A DNA stretch of 64,000 nt from an uncultured Flavobacterium sp. (GTDB lineage: Bacteria > Bacteroidota > Bacteroidia > Flavobacteriales > Flavobacteriaceae), in contig CAZSZH010000003.1 in assembly GCA_964610785.1 (NCBI GenBank), positions 11,390 to 75,389 of the forward strand. Reading direction: 5' to 3'. A model generated the notes under the pieces. The model worked only from the letters and a program-made list of their open reading frames with translations. It searched no databases and was not told the DNA's origin. A program made the translations under genes and the position numbers. This document shows positions 1 through 9,556 of the stretch, piece after piece. Positions within the stretch are counted from its first letter, which is position 1. Each line of letters opens with the position of its first letter.

Positions 1-173
1 TAATTGATATCTAAGGGTAGAATTAGCACTTCACATTCTTCGATAGTGTTGACAAAGCAATAGCTACTGTGAATAGGAGAGTTCTCTGTTGTAATCATTT
101 CATGAAAAAGCGGGAAAATTAAATTTTTATTTTCCTTGATTAAGAAACTCTTATCGGTGTAAATTTTAATCAT
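1..173 (-). CDS. 5' part of a gene running off the left edge; possibly an exostosin-like (GT47) glycan protein
   Basis: Not in the ORF track. ATG at 173-171 overlaps the TGA of the upstream GT (ATGA coupling). The frame is open to base 1: MIKIYTDKSFLIKENKNLIFPLFHEMITTENSPIHSSYCFVNTIEECEVLILPLDIN. The product guess rests only on recalled resemblance to Flavobacterium exostosin-domain N-termini. Confidence 0.55.
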   Translation of the reverse strand, partial: MIKIYTDKSFLIKENKNLIFPLFHEMITTENSPIHSSYCFVNTIEECEVLILPLDIN

Positions 174-1294
174 GTACTACTTGATATCAATTTTTGTATT
201 TCATCTTCAAAAAGATTGGTGGTGAAATTTCTTGACCAATGTATCGCCTCTTCAACTTTTTTTTGATACAAACTGTTGTTATTTAACAATTCAATTATTT
301 GCTGAACATCTCTTTCCAAATTCATTTCTAATAGAATTCCTCGTGTTCCTTTATCTAACATATCTGGAATACATGAAACTTTTGACGATATTGGCAAACA
401 TTTCCAAAACATTCCTTCTGCAATAACTTTGGGCCATCCTTCACTCTTAGAGGGTAAAATTACAAAATGACTTTTTATGTATGCTGTTTTAATTACCTCT
501 GAGGTTTGATTTCCTTTTAAAAAAATTATGCTCTCTAATTTATGAGTTTCAATATACTTTTGTAGTTGAGGTTTCAAATTACCATTTCCAAAAATATCTA
601 ATGATATATCTGAATAACTTTTTGAAACTTCTTGAACTATTTTTATTGCATATAGCGGATTTTTACCTTCAGCTAATGTTCCAACAAATACAAATTTCAA
701 TCCATCTTGGAGTGTTTTATTCTCAATCGGAATTTTATCTTTTTCAGCATAGCTTGCTGTAAAAAAAGATTTTATGCTTTTACTTTGATTCTGCCAAGTA
801 CCATAAACCAACACCTGTATATTTCTGGTTAACAATGAATTACTTAATATCCATTTTTGTATTCTATAACTTAACGGTTGTTTAGCTTTTGGATCCCAGT
901 TTCCTGCATACTTAGCAGTCTTGGGTTTATTTGGAAAAAACACTTGTACAAAACAACCCAACAAACCTACATTGCCAGGACATCGCAAATGAATATGATT
1001 TGCTTCTTTCATTGCCTTATAAATAGCAAAAACTATTTTGGGCACCTCCCTAATTGCATGAAATTTTGATTTAGAACCAATTACATTAAACTCATTTATG
1101 GGAATAAATTTTATTCCTTCTTTTTCATAATTAATAGAAATAGATGTTTTTTCTTCTAGCGTTAATGGAGCTACAATAATTAATTCGTCTGTATATCTAG
1201 CCCAGATGTTCATTTCTCTAACGTAAGGAGCATAGGCAAAAAATCTTCCATCTGCATTGCCATGAGGGACATGTGTAATAATTAAAAATTTCAT
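170..1294 (-). CDS. Glycosyltransferase family 4 (GT-B)
   Basis: C-terminal GT4 signature (FVFVGTLAEGKN, ILPSKSEGWPKVIAEGM). Start moved from the track's TTG at 1312 to the ATG at 1294 (MKFLII), which removes the overlap with the upstream stop at 1302. Confidence 0.9.
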   Translation of the reverse strand: MKFLIITHVPHGNADGRFFAYAPYVREMNIWARYTDELIIVAPLTLEEKTSISINYEKEGIKFIPINEFNVIGSKSKFHAIREVPKIVFAIYKAMKEANHIHLRCPGNVGLLGCFVQVFFPNKPKTAKYAGNWDPKAKQPLSYRIQKWILSNSLLTRNIQVLVYGTWQNQSKSIKSFFTASYAEKDKIPIENKTLQDGLKFVFVGTLAEGKNPLYAIKIVQEVSKSYSDISLDIFGNGNLKPQLQKYIETHKLESIIFLKGNQTSEVIKTAYIKSHFVILPSKSEGWPKVIAEGMFWKCLPISSKVSCIPDMLDKGTRGILLEMNLERDVQQIIELLNNNSLYQKKVEEAIHWSRNFTTNLFEDEIQKLISSST

Positions 1295-1301
1295 TAGAAA
1301 A

Positions 1302-2324
1302 TTAATTAACAAGTTTTGGTTTATTAAACCATAAACTTAACCATCCCACAAATCTACCTAAAGTTTCAGTAATCGCCTCTCTTTTTTTATTAGTTGTAAA
1401 AACATTACAAAATCTAACAATCGTAAGTAATACGGTAATGCAATGCCATTTTATTTTTGCTTTTAATGATGGATTTGGATATTTAATCCTCCAAACATAC
1501 CACCCATTTCTAACAACCATTTTTCCGTAAGTATATTTATTGGGTCTTCCAGATTCATCGTGAAAATGCTTAAGTTTGGCGGAAGTGTTTATAAAATTTT
1601 GTCCAAAATTTAACGCTCTTAAAGAAAAATCTGCATCTTCATATAATCCATATCCTTCGAAATAGGATGAAAATTTAATAGTATTGAAAATTTTTCTTCT
1701 AAAATTCATTGACATCCCAACCAGCAAATCTACCGGATATATTTCGCCAGTTAATGGATACGAACATGTTTTTCCATGAGAAAATTCCGGCATAACTCCA
1801 GGTAAAGAAGTTGAATTCAATTTTAATATATTTCTCAATTTATTTCTTGAGGATTCTTCGATATAAAAATTTTTAAAAGTGTATATAGACCTATTGGTAT
1901 CGTAATTATAAATATTTTCTTTCCATTTATTTTCATTAACTGCTACTCCGCCAACCCCAATAGCATCAATATTTGCAGAAAACGTTTCCATTATTTTTTT
2001 AAAATAATCGCTTTGGATTATTGTATCATCATCAAGGAAACAAACAATTTCAGAAGCTACAGAAACTTTAGATATTCCAAAATTTCGTTGTTTTGTTAAT
2101 CCTCTATGATCGTTAGAAACTAAAAAATAAGAAAGGTTTTCAAAACTATTTTCATTCAACATTTCACGAGTCTCATTATTGGTTGACCCGTCAATTATTA
2201 AAATTTCATTTGGATAAAGCTCTTGAAGTTTTACAGAATTTAGTAAATTCAACAAGGCTTTAGGGCGCATATAGGTACAAACCACTAAAGAAAAGAAAAA
2301 ATTATTTTTTTTTATTTCATTCAA
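1302..2324 (-). CDS. Glycosyltransferase family 2
   Basis: SLVVCTYMRP, IIDGS, RNFG and FLDDD (DxD) motifs. The TTG start overlaps the upstream TGA. Confidence 0.9.
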   Translation of the reverse strand: MNEIKKNNFFFSLVVCTYMRPKALLNLLNSVKLQELYPNEILIIDGSTNNETREMLNENSFENLSYFLVSNDHRGLTKQRNFGISKVSVASEIVCFLDDDTIIQSDYFKKIMETFSANIDAIGVGGVAVNENKWKENIYNYDTNRSIYTFKNFYIEESSRNKLRNILKLNSTSLPGVMPEFSHGKTCSYPLTGEIYPVDLLVGMSMNFRRKIFNTIKFSSYFEGYGLYEDADFSLRALNFGQNFINTSAKLKHFHDESGRPNKYTYGKMVVRNGWYVWRIKYPNPSLKAKIKWHCITVLLTIVRFCNVFTTNKKREAITETLGRFVGWLSLWFNKPKLVN

Positions 2325-3064
2325 GGTTTTGTAGAAATAAAAATTAAATTATTGTATCCTTTTTTACGATTGTATGTCTGGTTAAATTTCAAATAATATT
2401 CTTCCAAAGAATAAATTTCAATGTTTTTAAAACCTGCTGCTTCCAAATCTCTTTGTAATCCATTTTTAGTATAATAATATCCTAAAACCTTAAATCCTTT
2501 AAATCCTGTATTTCTATTTCCGACTGTTTCTCCTAAAAATGGTGAAAATAAACTTCTAATTTTAAAATAAAGCGTCTTTAAAGGAGTTCCCACTTGATTG
2601 TGAACTGTTCCTATTATGGATGCATTTGGTTTTAGTATTTCTAACGAAGTTTTAAAAATGGTCAAACGATCACCTCTATTTGGCACATACGTAAGCATAC
2701 TATTAAGCAATGTTACCAGATCAAATGTATTTTTTGTGCCTTGATAGAAAACTGCATTAGAGACTTGAGTTTCCGTAATTGAATCGATACCCCATTCCAC
2801 AATATTAGCTCTACATTTATTAATCATATTTTCCGAAATATCAGATGCCACAATTCGATCAGGATTATAAAAGTTTGCAATGGCGCCTATTTCACGACCT
2901 GTTCCACAACCAAAAATTTTTATTTCCCTTACCTCTCCATATTCTATATATCGTTGCTGCGCCTCTTGAAACATGAATAATTCAAAATCGGCAGCGTTTT
3001 TTTGTATGTCTTGTGTACTTATTATTTGGTCTTTTTCCCAAAAATCTTTATTTTCAATTTTCAC
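2321..3064 (-). CDS. Class I SAM-dependent methyltransferase
   Basis: Motif I FGCGTG, acidic residue in ASDISENM, post-II FDLV, LKPNASI. 4-bp overlaps on both sides. Confidence 0.85.
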   Translation of the reverse strand: MKIENKDFWEKDQIISTQDIQKNAADFELFMFQEAQQRYIEYGEVREIKIFGCGTGREIGAIANFYNPDRIVASDISENMINKCRANIVEWGIDSITETQVSNAVFYQGTKNTFDLVTLLNSMLTYVPNRGDRLTIFKTSLEILKPNASIIGTVHNQVGTPLKTLYFKIRSLFSPFLGETVGNRNTGFKGFKVLGYYYTKNGLQRDLEAAGFKNIEIYSLEEYYLKFNQTYNRKKGYNNLIFISTKP

Positions 3065-4143
3065 TTATTAGTCTTTTTAAATTGTCTCAATAACACCGAA
3101 ATACTTTTCTTGTGCTTTGACAAAATTGTTTTAAAACACAAATATAAATTAAAAAGAAATGGATTAAGAATAAAATAATAAAATGGTTCATCGAATAAAA
3201 TGGTATTTGTATTGAATTTTGATTTAAATTCGATAACACCTTTAGAACCCCCCATGGAGATATTATAACCACGATAACCCAGTTCATAGGATTTCTTTAT
3301 TATTTCCCAATGCAATAAGTACCCTATTTTCAAATCTGGCTTTTCCTTTTTAGTACCACCTGTTATGTAAGTCAAAGCATTTCCTCCTTTTACACAAAAA
3401 GCTACACCCTTGATATCATTGTTGATTTTAGCTATTATAAAATAAGCTTTATTTGCTGTAATTAATTTTAAAATAGTATCCCCAAAATCTTCAAATGATC
3501 GAACGGTATAATTTCCGTTTTTTGCATTTTCAGTTACCAGTTCGTAGGCTAATTTACATTCTTCAATAGTAGTAGCATAAGAAATTTTAGGATTGGATGC
3601 ATAGGATAGCTTAATATTTCGTCTAACTTGAATTGAAAATTGTTTTAAAAGCACTTCTGGAGATTGTGTTTTATTAAAATCAACCCAATTAATGCCATAT
3701 GCACTATAAATATGTTTAAACTTATTTCCCTTTTTATAATTTTTAAAAAATGGTGTAATTGCTTCTTTTGAAAAAGTTTTTGTTGAAATAATTATATTAT
3801 CTGCTGTTGGAATACTAAACTGAACATAACAACAACCTAATTTAGAAGCTCTGCCAACCAATTCTTTACTAACTAGTGGTAAATGTGCTTCCAAACCAGA
3901 ACTAAAAATTGGTCCGCTTGGAATACAATAAAATTTAAAAAAGGCAACTTTAGCAATTACAGAGCCATATCCGCCTACTATTTTCCCCTCTTTTAAACAA
4001 ATGCAAACTTCATAATCGAATCCGTATGAGGAATATGAATTCAACCAATCTGATAAAGAAAAATGATTTCCAATATCGTTTGAAATCAAAAAATCATCCC
4101 ATTTCTCATGCCATTTCGGTTCTTTTGTAAAAAATACTTCCAT
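3061..4143 (-). CDS. FemABX-like / GNAT-fold (lipid II:amino-acid ligase family) transferase
   Basis: IPSGP, LLKQFSIQVRRNIK, YITGG, LLHWEIIK and GVIEFKSKF match Fem-family conserved blocks. No coiled-coil insert, as in FemX. Confidence 0.75.
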   Translation of the reverse strand: MEVFFTKEPKWHEKWDDFLISNDIGNHFSLSDWLNSYSSYGFDYEVCICLKEGKIVGGYGSVIAKVAFFKFYCIPSGPIFSSGLEAHLPLVSKELVGRASKLGCCYVQFSIPTADNIIISTKTFSKEAITPFFKNYKKGNKFKHIYSAYGINWVDFNKTQSPEVLLKQFSIQVRRNIKLSYASNPKISYATTIEECKLAYELVTENAKNGNYTVRSFEDFGDTILKLITANKAYFIIAKINNDIKGVAFCVKGGNALTYITGGTKKEKPDLKIGYLLHWEIIKKSYELGYRGYNISMGGSKGVIEFKSKFNTNTILFDEPFYYFILNPFLFNLYLCFKTILSKHKKSISVLLRQFKKTNK

Positions 4144-5750
4144 TAGATTACGGTTCTGAATAGTAAATCTGTTTTGTTTTTTACAAATATTACACCTTGA
4201 CTATCAATATCCAAAACTAGATTTTCAAAATTTGACCAATAAGCAACTAATTCCTGTAATGTTGGATTCCAAATTTCGTTATTTTTAATTTTTTTACCAA
4301 GGCTTTCGAAGTTTTGTGCCACCTGCACATCAATAGTATTTTCATCTGAAAACAATTTTCCTTGATGATAATCCATGGGAACTGAAAAATAAGTGTGTGC
4401 CATAAAAACACCTTTTTCTTTAATTAAACTGTCAATATTTTTAGGATGTAAGGCTTTTTTGAAATCAAGCATTTCAATAGTTTGAAAAACATAAAATTCT
4501 TTTTGAGCAATAGTATGTTTGAATAAAATTGGAGTGTACTTTGCTAAATTATATGGTTTATTTCTACTGGTTCTCCAATTTAAAAACACAGCTATCAATT
4601 TAAAACTAATTGAAAATATATCCTTTACAAATGAAAAAAAATAGCTTAGTTGTTTATGGGTAATAAACTTTTTAAAGTTTGATGCAGTATTCTTATATTT
4701 CAAAATAAGTTCTTCATCGCCATAATAATGAAAGATAATATTCTTGAGCATTAACTGCAATCGCTTTATAAACGATAAATCTTTGGTTCCATTTAAAAAA
4801 CTCAATAAAGTAAAATGTGAAGGATTCAATTGATTCAGCACTCCAAGAGTAGCGGTGCCAGAGTCGATATAATTCCAAAGTATCCTTATATTCTTTTGAG
4901 ACAAAGCATTTTCATAATCATTATAATCAATGGCATTATTTTGAAAAAGGGAAAAATTATAGGGTTGATATCCGTGGTCAATCCAAGTAGTCGTATTGTG
5001 AAATGGTGGTTGAAAGGAAAAAAAATCATTATAGCTTTCTTCTTCTGATTTAATGGATTGCGATAAAGAGTGGTAACACAACTCATGTCCATCTTCTTTC
5101 CACTTGATCAATTCTTGTTCCTCATTTTTAAAGGAAGCATTATCTTCTCGTTTTGAAAAATGATTTAAAAAAAAGCCTTTTGTGGTTATTATTCCATTTT
5201 TTTTAAAAAATTCACGCTGCAATTTCAAGTTATTGGCAGTATCAAAATCACAATGATCGGTAAACACAGCAATGGCTGAAAAAGGAATCTTAGAACGACT
5301 GAATTCAATAGGTTTATTTGTAATTAATAAAGCTACATTTTCTATATGATGGTATTTTGAAGTAGCTTGCGCAATTGTTTTCTGATTTTTTTCTCCTTTA
5401 TAAATCGTTAAAGGCTTTGAATTAAGAGGGTTAAATCGCCACAACAAAATATTTGGCTTTTTTTTATCGATTTCCCAAATCCCCATAAAGCTATTAGGTT
5501 GAATAAAACTTCCGTTGCTTAATTGTATAATTTTAGGCAAAAATTCGTTAACATTACAACCATGATTTGGTTTAATCCAAGTATAATCGTGATTTCTAAA
5601 CGCTGTAATGGGTTTCGAAAATGTAATTTCTATATCAAAGGAATTTATTTTATCTTCAATAATATTGCTTAAATCTATTGCAACCTTATTGGATTGGTTA
5701 TCACAAAGAAATTGAATTCTTTTTCTATTAATAACTATTGACTGTATCAT
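4143..5750 (-). CDS. Hypothetical protein with a polysaccharide-deacetylase (NodB/CE4)-like central domain
   Basis: 535-aa ORF coupled to both neighbours. AVFTDHCD, GHELCYHS and WIDHG resemble CE4 motifs 1-3. Confidence 0.55.
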   Translation of the reverse strand: MIQSIVINRKRIQFLCDNQSNKVAIDLSNIIEDKINSFDIEITFSKPITAFRNHDYTWIKPNHGCNVNEFLPKIIQLSNGSFIQPNSFMGIWEIDKKKPNILLWRFNPLNSKPLTIYKGEKNQKTIAQATSKYHHIENVALLITNKPIEFSRSKIPFSAIAVFTDHCDFDTANNLKLQREFFKKNGIITTKGFFLNHFSKREDNASFKNEEQELIKWKEDGHELCYHSLSQSIKSEEESYNDFFSFQPPFHNTTTWIDHGYQPYNFSLFQNNAIDYNDYENALSQKNIRILWNYIDSGTATLGVLNQLNPSHFTLLSFLNGTKDLSFIKRLQLMLKNIIFHYYGDEELILKYKNTASNFKKFITHKQLSYFFSFVKDIFSISFKLIAVFLNWRTSRNKPYNLAKYTPILFKHTIAQKEFYVFQTIEMLDFKKALHPKNIDSLIKEKGVFMAHTYFSVPMDYHQGKLFSDENTIDVQVAQNFESLGKKIKNNEIWNPTLQELVAYWSNFENLVLDIDSQGVIFVKNKTDLLFRTVI

Positions 5751-7291
5751 TTTGTACGTTTTCCCAAAGCCATTAATTTTCTTGCGTAAAATACAGACTT
5801 GTTAAATTGTAGTATTCTATATGGTAATTTAATTATTTTAAAAGGTAATTCCCATTTGTTTCCTTTAAAAAAATACATTGAAAAATACTTATGTTTATAT
5901 TCCACAAGCTGTTGTGCTGTAAATTGTTTATGAATTTGATACATAATAGTTGGACTAGGAATAGGTCGGATGTGCTTTACCGGCGTGTCCAATTCCCAGG
6001 GTTGGGTTTTTCGTTTTTTACCCATAATTTTAGCTTGAGATCCCCAAAATCGATAGCCTCCCATTGGTGGCTTTAGATGCAAATTTGTAGAGAATGGATT
6101 ATGAAGAACGGTAACACCAATTTTAGTTAATGAAATTCCAAAATCACTATCTTCACCATAACCTCCATCATAATTGATGTCATTACCCACTAATTGATTT
6201 ACAAATTCTCGCTTCACACATGAATTTGCGTTGCTGAAACTATTTGAGGCTCCTACTACCCATCGATTATCTTTAAAATTGTCTAATTTCAACTGTAAAT
6301 CTATTAAGGTTTGTTTTTCGTGATCGGCTCTTATATCTAATCCATTACAAGCTCCAGCATTGTAGGTTTGTAACAATCGAATATGATTTTCAATAAAATC
6401 GTTGGGAATTCTAATATCGTCATCGCCAAAAACAATATAATCTCCTGTACATAAATCAATCGCTTCATTTCTAGCGCGACAACTCCCTTTAGTCGTTTGC
6501 CATTTAAAAATAACTTCAAACGGATAATTCGATGGCTGATACAAACTCTCATCTCTGCTTCGCTCTGGCGTGGCATCGACCACAATTACTTGAGAAGGAA
6601 GATAAGATTGTTTACTTAAATCATCTAATAAATTTAAAGTAAAATCTTGACGCATCATTGTTGGAATGATGTAACTAACTGTTGGATTTCCCAGAATTTT
6701 ATTAAGTACTTTTGGAGGGATTGTAGGCAATGATTGACGCTTTTCAACATTATTTTTGGCATGTAAAAAAGCATTCCATTCACTTATTTTCCAAAATCCT
6801 TTTCTGTAAAGCATGAATAAAGAATGGTATAATTTGAAATTTTTTCTATAAAAATCATATCGATCTTTAGCAGAAATTGTAATAATATCTTTGTCAGCTA
6901 CTTCAAATAAATTTTTTACATACAATGAAATCGCACCACAATTTGAAATGGCATTAAAAGCAAAATCAAATCCACTTAAAATTAAATTATGATACTCATA
7001 ATCAAAACCTCCCAAATGTTCCCAAACTGATTTCCGAACGGCAAAATGATTTGGATTTAGTCGCCAACTAACACATTCGTCAAGATTATCAAAATCATTA
7101 ACATACCAAAAAAATATACTAGTTTGGTAAACTATATCTGAAAAAGCATTTTTATACCCTTGCTCAAATGAACTATGCCAGATATCACCCGATCCATTAG
7201 AAAGTTCCTCTAACTTTTCTAGATTAGGTGTTCCGTTATACAGAATTATCTCTCCATTTTGAGTAGTATATTCTTTTAAAATTAATGCCAT
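5747..7291 (-). CDS. Glycosyltransferase family 2 with a ~200-aa N-terminal extension
   Basis: VSYIIPT, VIVVDA, ARNEAI, FGDDD and GEDSDF in the C-terminal 310 aa. Confidence 0.88.
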   Translation of the reverse strand: MALILKEYTTQNGEIILYNGTPNLEKLEELSNGSGDIWHSSFEQGYKNAFSDIVYQTSIFFWYVNDFDNLDECVSWRLNPNHFAVRKSVWEHLGGFDYEYHNLILSGFDFAFNAISNCGAISLYVKNLFEVADKDIITISAKDRYDFYRKNFKLYHSLFMLYRKGFWKISEWNAFLHAKNNVEKRQSLPTIPPKVLNKILGNPTVSYIIPTMMRQDFTLNLLDDLSKQSYLPSQVIVVDATPERSRDESLYQPSNYPFEVIFKWQTTKGSCRARNEAIDLCTGDYIVFGDDDIRIPNDFIENHIRLLQTYNAGACNGLDIRADHEKQTLIDLQLKLDNFKDNRWVVGASNSFSNANSCVKREFVNQLVGNDINYDGGYGEDSDFGISLTKIGVTVLHNPFSTNLHLKPPMGGYRFWGSQAKIMGKKRKTQPWELDTPVKHIRPIPSPTIMYQIHKQFTAQQLVEYKHKYFSMYFFKGNKWELPFKIIKLPYRILQFNKSVFYARKLMALGKRTK

Positions 7292-8436
7292 TATTTATTT
7301 TCTAAAATAGTATTATAAAATCTAATGTTTTGTTCCATCACTACTTTGGAGTCAAATGTTGTTTCAACTCTTTTTCGTGCAGCTATGCTCATTGTTTTGC
7401 AAAGTGACTCATCGTATAAAAACTGCAAAATTCGCTTTGAAAACAATTCATGATCTTTCGGATGCGCTAAAAAACCACTGACTTCATCTTCAATAACTTC
7501 GACTGCCCAGCCCACGTTTGAAGCAACTATTGGTTTACCAAGTGCCATCGCTTCAATCCATGAAACGGGTAATGCTTCTGCAAAAGTAGGAAATACACAA
7601 ACTTTAGCTTTACTAATATGTTGTTTTATTGCATCATAAGTAACAGATCCCAAATAAGAAACATTATTCAATGCATCCTTCGAAAATAATGGTTGCATCA
7701 TTTTCCAAGTAGAATTATCTCCCGAAATGACATCTGAGCTGTCTTTACCAATCAATACTAATTTAGCTTTACTATTTTTTTCGTACACTTTGTTAAATAT
7801 CAAAGGTAATTCAAGTAATCCCTTTTTCCGTATTAAGGTTCCAAAATACAAGATAGTATTCTCATCAACCACTGCATTTGTCGGTAGAAAAAATTTAGAA
7901 CTATCAATACTGTTTGGAATGACGGTAAAGTTTCTTTTCAAATTAAAAAGTAAATTCGTCAAATCTCCTGTATATTTACTTACAGATATTATGGCGTCGG
8001 CATTGACCAACATTCTTCTTTCATGAAATTTATTAATCCATTTCACTGGACGATTATCCAAATGACAAAAGTAGGTGTCAGAACCATGTAATCGAACAAT
8101 AACTGGACATGTTGGTTTAATAAAAGAAGTCATTCCCCAATCGGGTGCTTCTACTAAATCTATTTTCTTTGATTTATGAAGTTGATTGATAATACGTTCT
8201 GTTTTTTTTTGTGATAAATACCTTGAAATTCCTTTGAATTTTACATTTTTTATTTTGTGAAAAACGATGCCATTTTCTTCAAATAGTTGATCTTCGTCTT
8301 GACCATAAACCAATACATAAACACCATGACCTGATTTTACAAGTTCATGGGATAAATTAAAAATACTAGTACCAATTCCTCCAGATACATCGAACTTATC
8401 ATTTGGATATTCGGGTGTTAAAAAAGCAATATTCAT
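7291..8436 (-). CDS. Glycosyltransferase family 4
   Basis: GGIGT N-terminal loop, YFGTLIRKKG, FPTFAEALPVSWIEAMALGKPIVAS. Confidence 0.92.
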   Translation of the reverse strand: MNIAFLTPEYPNDKFDVSGGIGTSIFNLSHELVKSGHGVYVLVYGQDEDQLFEENGIVFHKIKNVKFKGISRYLSQKKTERIINQLHKSKKIDLVEAPDWGMTSFIKPTCPVIVRLHGSDTYFCHLDNRPVKWINKFHERRMLVNADAIISVSKYTGDLTNLLFNLKRNFTVIPNSIDSSKFFLPTNAVVDENTILYFGTLIRKKGLLELPLIFNKVYEKNSKAKLVLIGKDSSDVISGDNSTWKMMQPLFSKDALNNVSYLGSVTYDAIKQHISKAKVCVFPTFAEALPVSWIEAMALGKPIVASNVGWAVEVIEDEVSGFLAHPKDHELFSKRILQFLYDESLCKTMSIAARKRVETTFDSKVVMEQNIRFYNTILENK

Positions 8437-9554
8437 TAGGTTTGTTGTTTTAAAAAAGACCTATAACACTGTAAATGTTGGGAAATCATTTTTTCAATAG
8501 TGAATTCAGTTTTAGCTATTTCATGAAGTTTTTTGGCTTTGTCCGTGTATTTTTTTTTATTAGAAATATACTCTATAAGTAATTCTTTTAATTGCAGGTG
8601 ATTGTTGGGTTTAAACAACAATTGCTTGTCTTTTAAAATCTCTGGAATGCCCCCAACATTGGTAGCAAAAACCACTTTGTTCATCAGTAAGGCTTCTACA
8701 ACAGTAAAACCAAAAGCTTCGTTCCATAATGACGGAATAATCACCACATCGGATTGGTTTAACCAATGCGATTGATTCGTAATGTTTCCGAGGAAAGTAA
8801 AAGAATTAGACGCTAAATTTTGCGATGCCAAATCAATCAAATTTGATTTGTACTTTCCATCTCCCGCAATAGTTAAATGAAACGGAATACCTTGTTCTTG
8901 TAGCAATTGACAACTTAAAATAACCGTTTGAAATCCTTTTTCTGGTATTAAATGACCAATGCAAAAAATAGCTAACGATTGATTTTCTTGAAAAACTGGT
9001 ACTACAATATAATTATTCATTTGCAGACCATTATAAATTACTTGTGTTTTTTTGGTCCAAAACGCTCCAATTTCAGATACAATAGATTGTTTAACATAAT
9101 TTGAAACGGCAATTATTTGATCAATTTGATTGAAATATATGATTCCCTTTATAGCATGTTTTATTCTTTTAGAAAAATTAGGATTATTTATAGGGCGAGA
9201 CATGTGGTCAACATAAATACATGCAACGGAATTACCTAAAACATCTTTTATACTTTTAACAATACTGGACTGATAGTCTAAAAAATGACCAATAAACAAA
9301 CTTGTTTCTTTTTTAGTTTCAAGCCATACTAAAAGTTCTTCTTGAAAGTCATCCACATTTTTAACTACTTGAAAATTCAGCCCTTTATCACTATAATGTT
9401 GGGTACTGCCATTACTTCTAAAAAGCCATGTTGGAATATATCCTTCTTGTTTTAAAGCTTGATCCATTTCCCAAAAAAAATAATCCATTCCTCCAATACG
9501 ATCAGTAGTGATTGGATAGCTACAAGCAATAGTAATTTCCTTTAAGAATGGCAT
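8436..9554 (-). CDS. Glycosyltransferase family 4
   Basis: IGHLIPEKG, IPSLWNEAFGFTVVEA, ATNVGGIPE. Confidence 0.92.
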   Translation of the reverse strand: MPFLKEITIACSYPITTDRIGGMDYFFWEMDQALKQEGYIPTWLFRSNGSTQHYSDKGLNFQVVKNVDDFQEELLVWLETKKETSLFIGHFLDYQSSIVKSIKDVLGNSVACIYVDHMSRPINNPNFSKRIKHAIKGIIYFNQIDQIIAVSNYVKQSIVSEIGAFWTKKTQVIYNGLQMNNYIVVPVFQENQSLAIFCIGHLIPEKGFQTVILSCQLLQEQGIPFHLTIAGDGKYKSNLIDLASQNLASNSFTFLGNITNQSHWLNQSDVVIIPSLWNEAFGFTVVEALLMNKVVFATNVGGIPEILKDKQLLFKPNNHLQLKELLIEYISNKKKYTDKAKKLHEIAKTEFTIEKMISQHLQCYRSFLKQQT

Positions 9555-9556
9555 TA

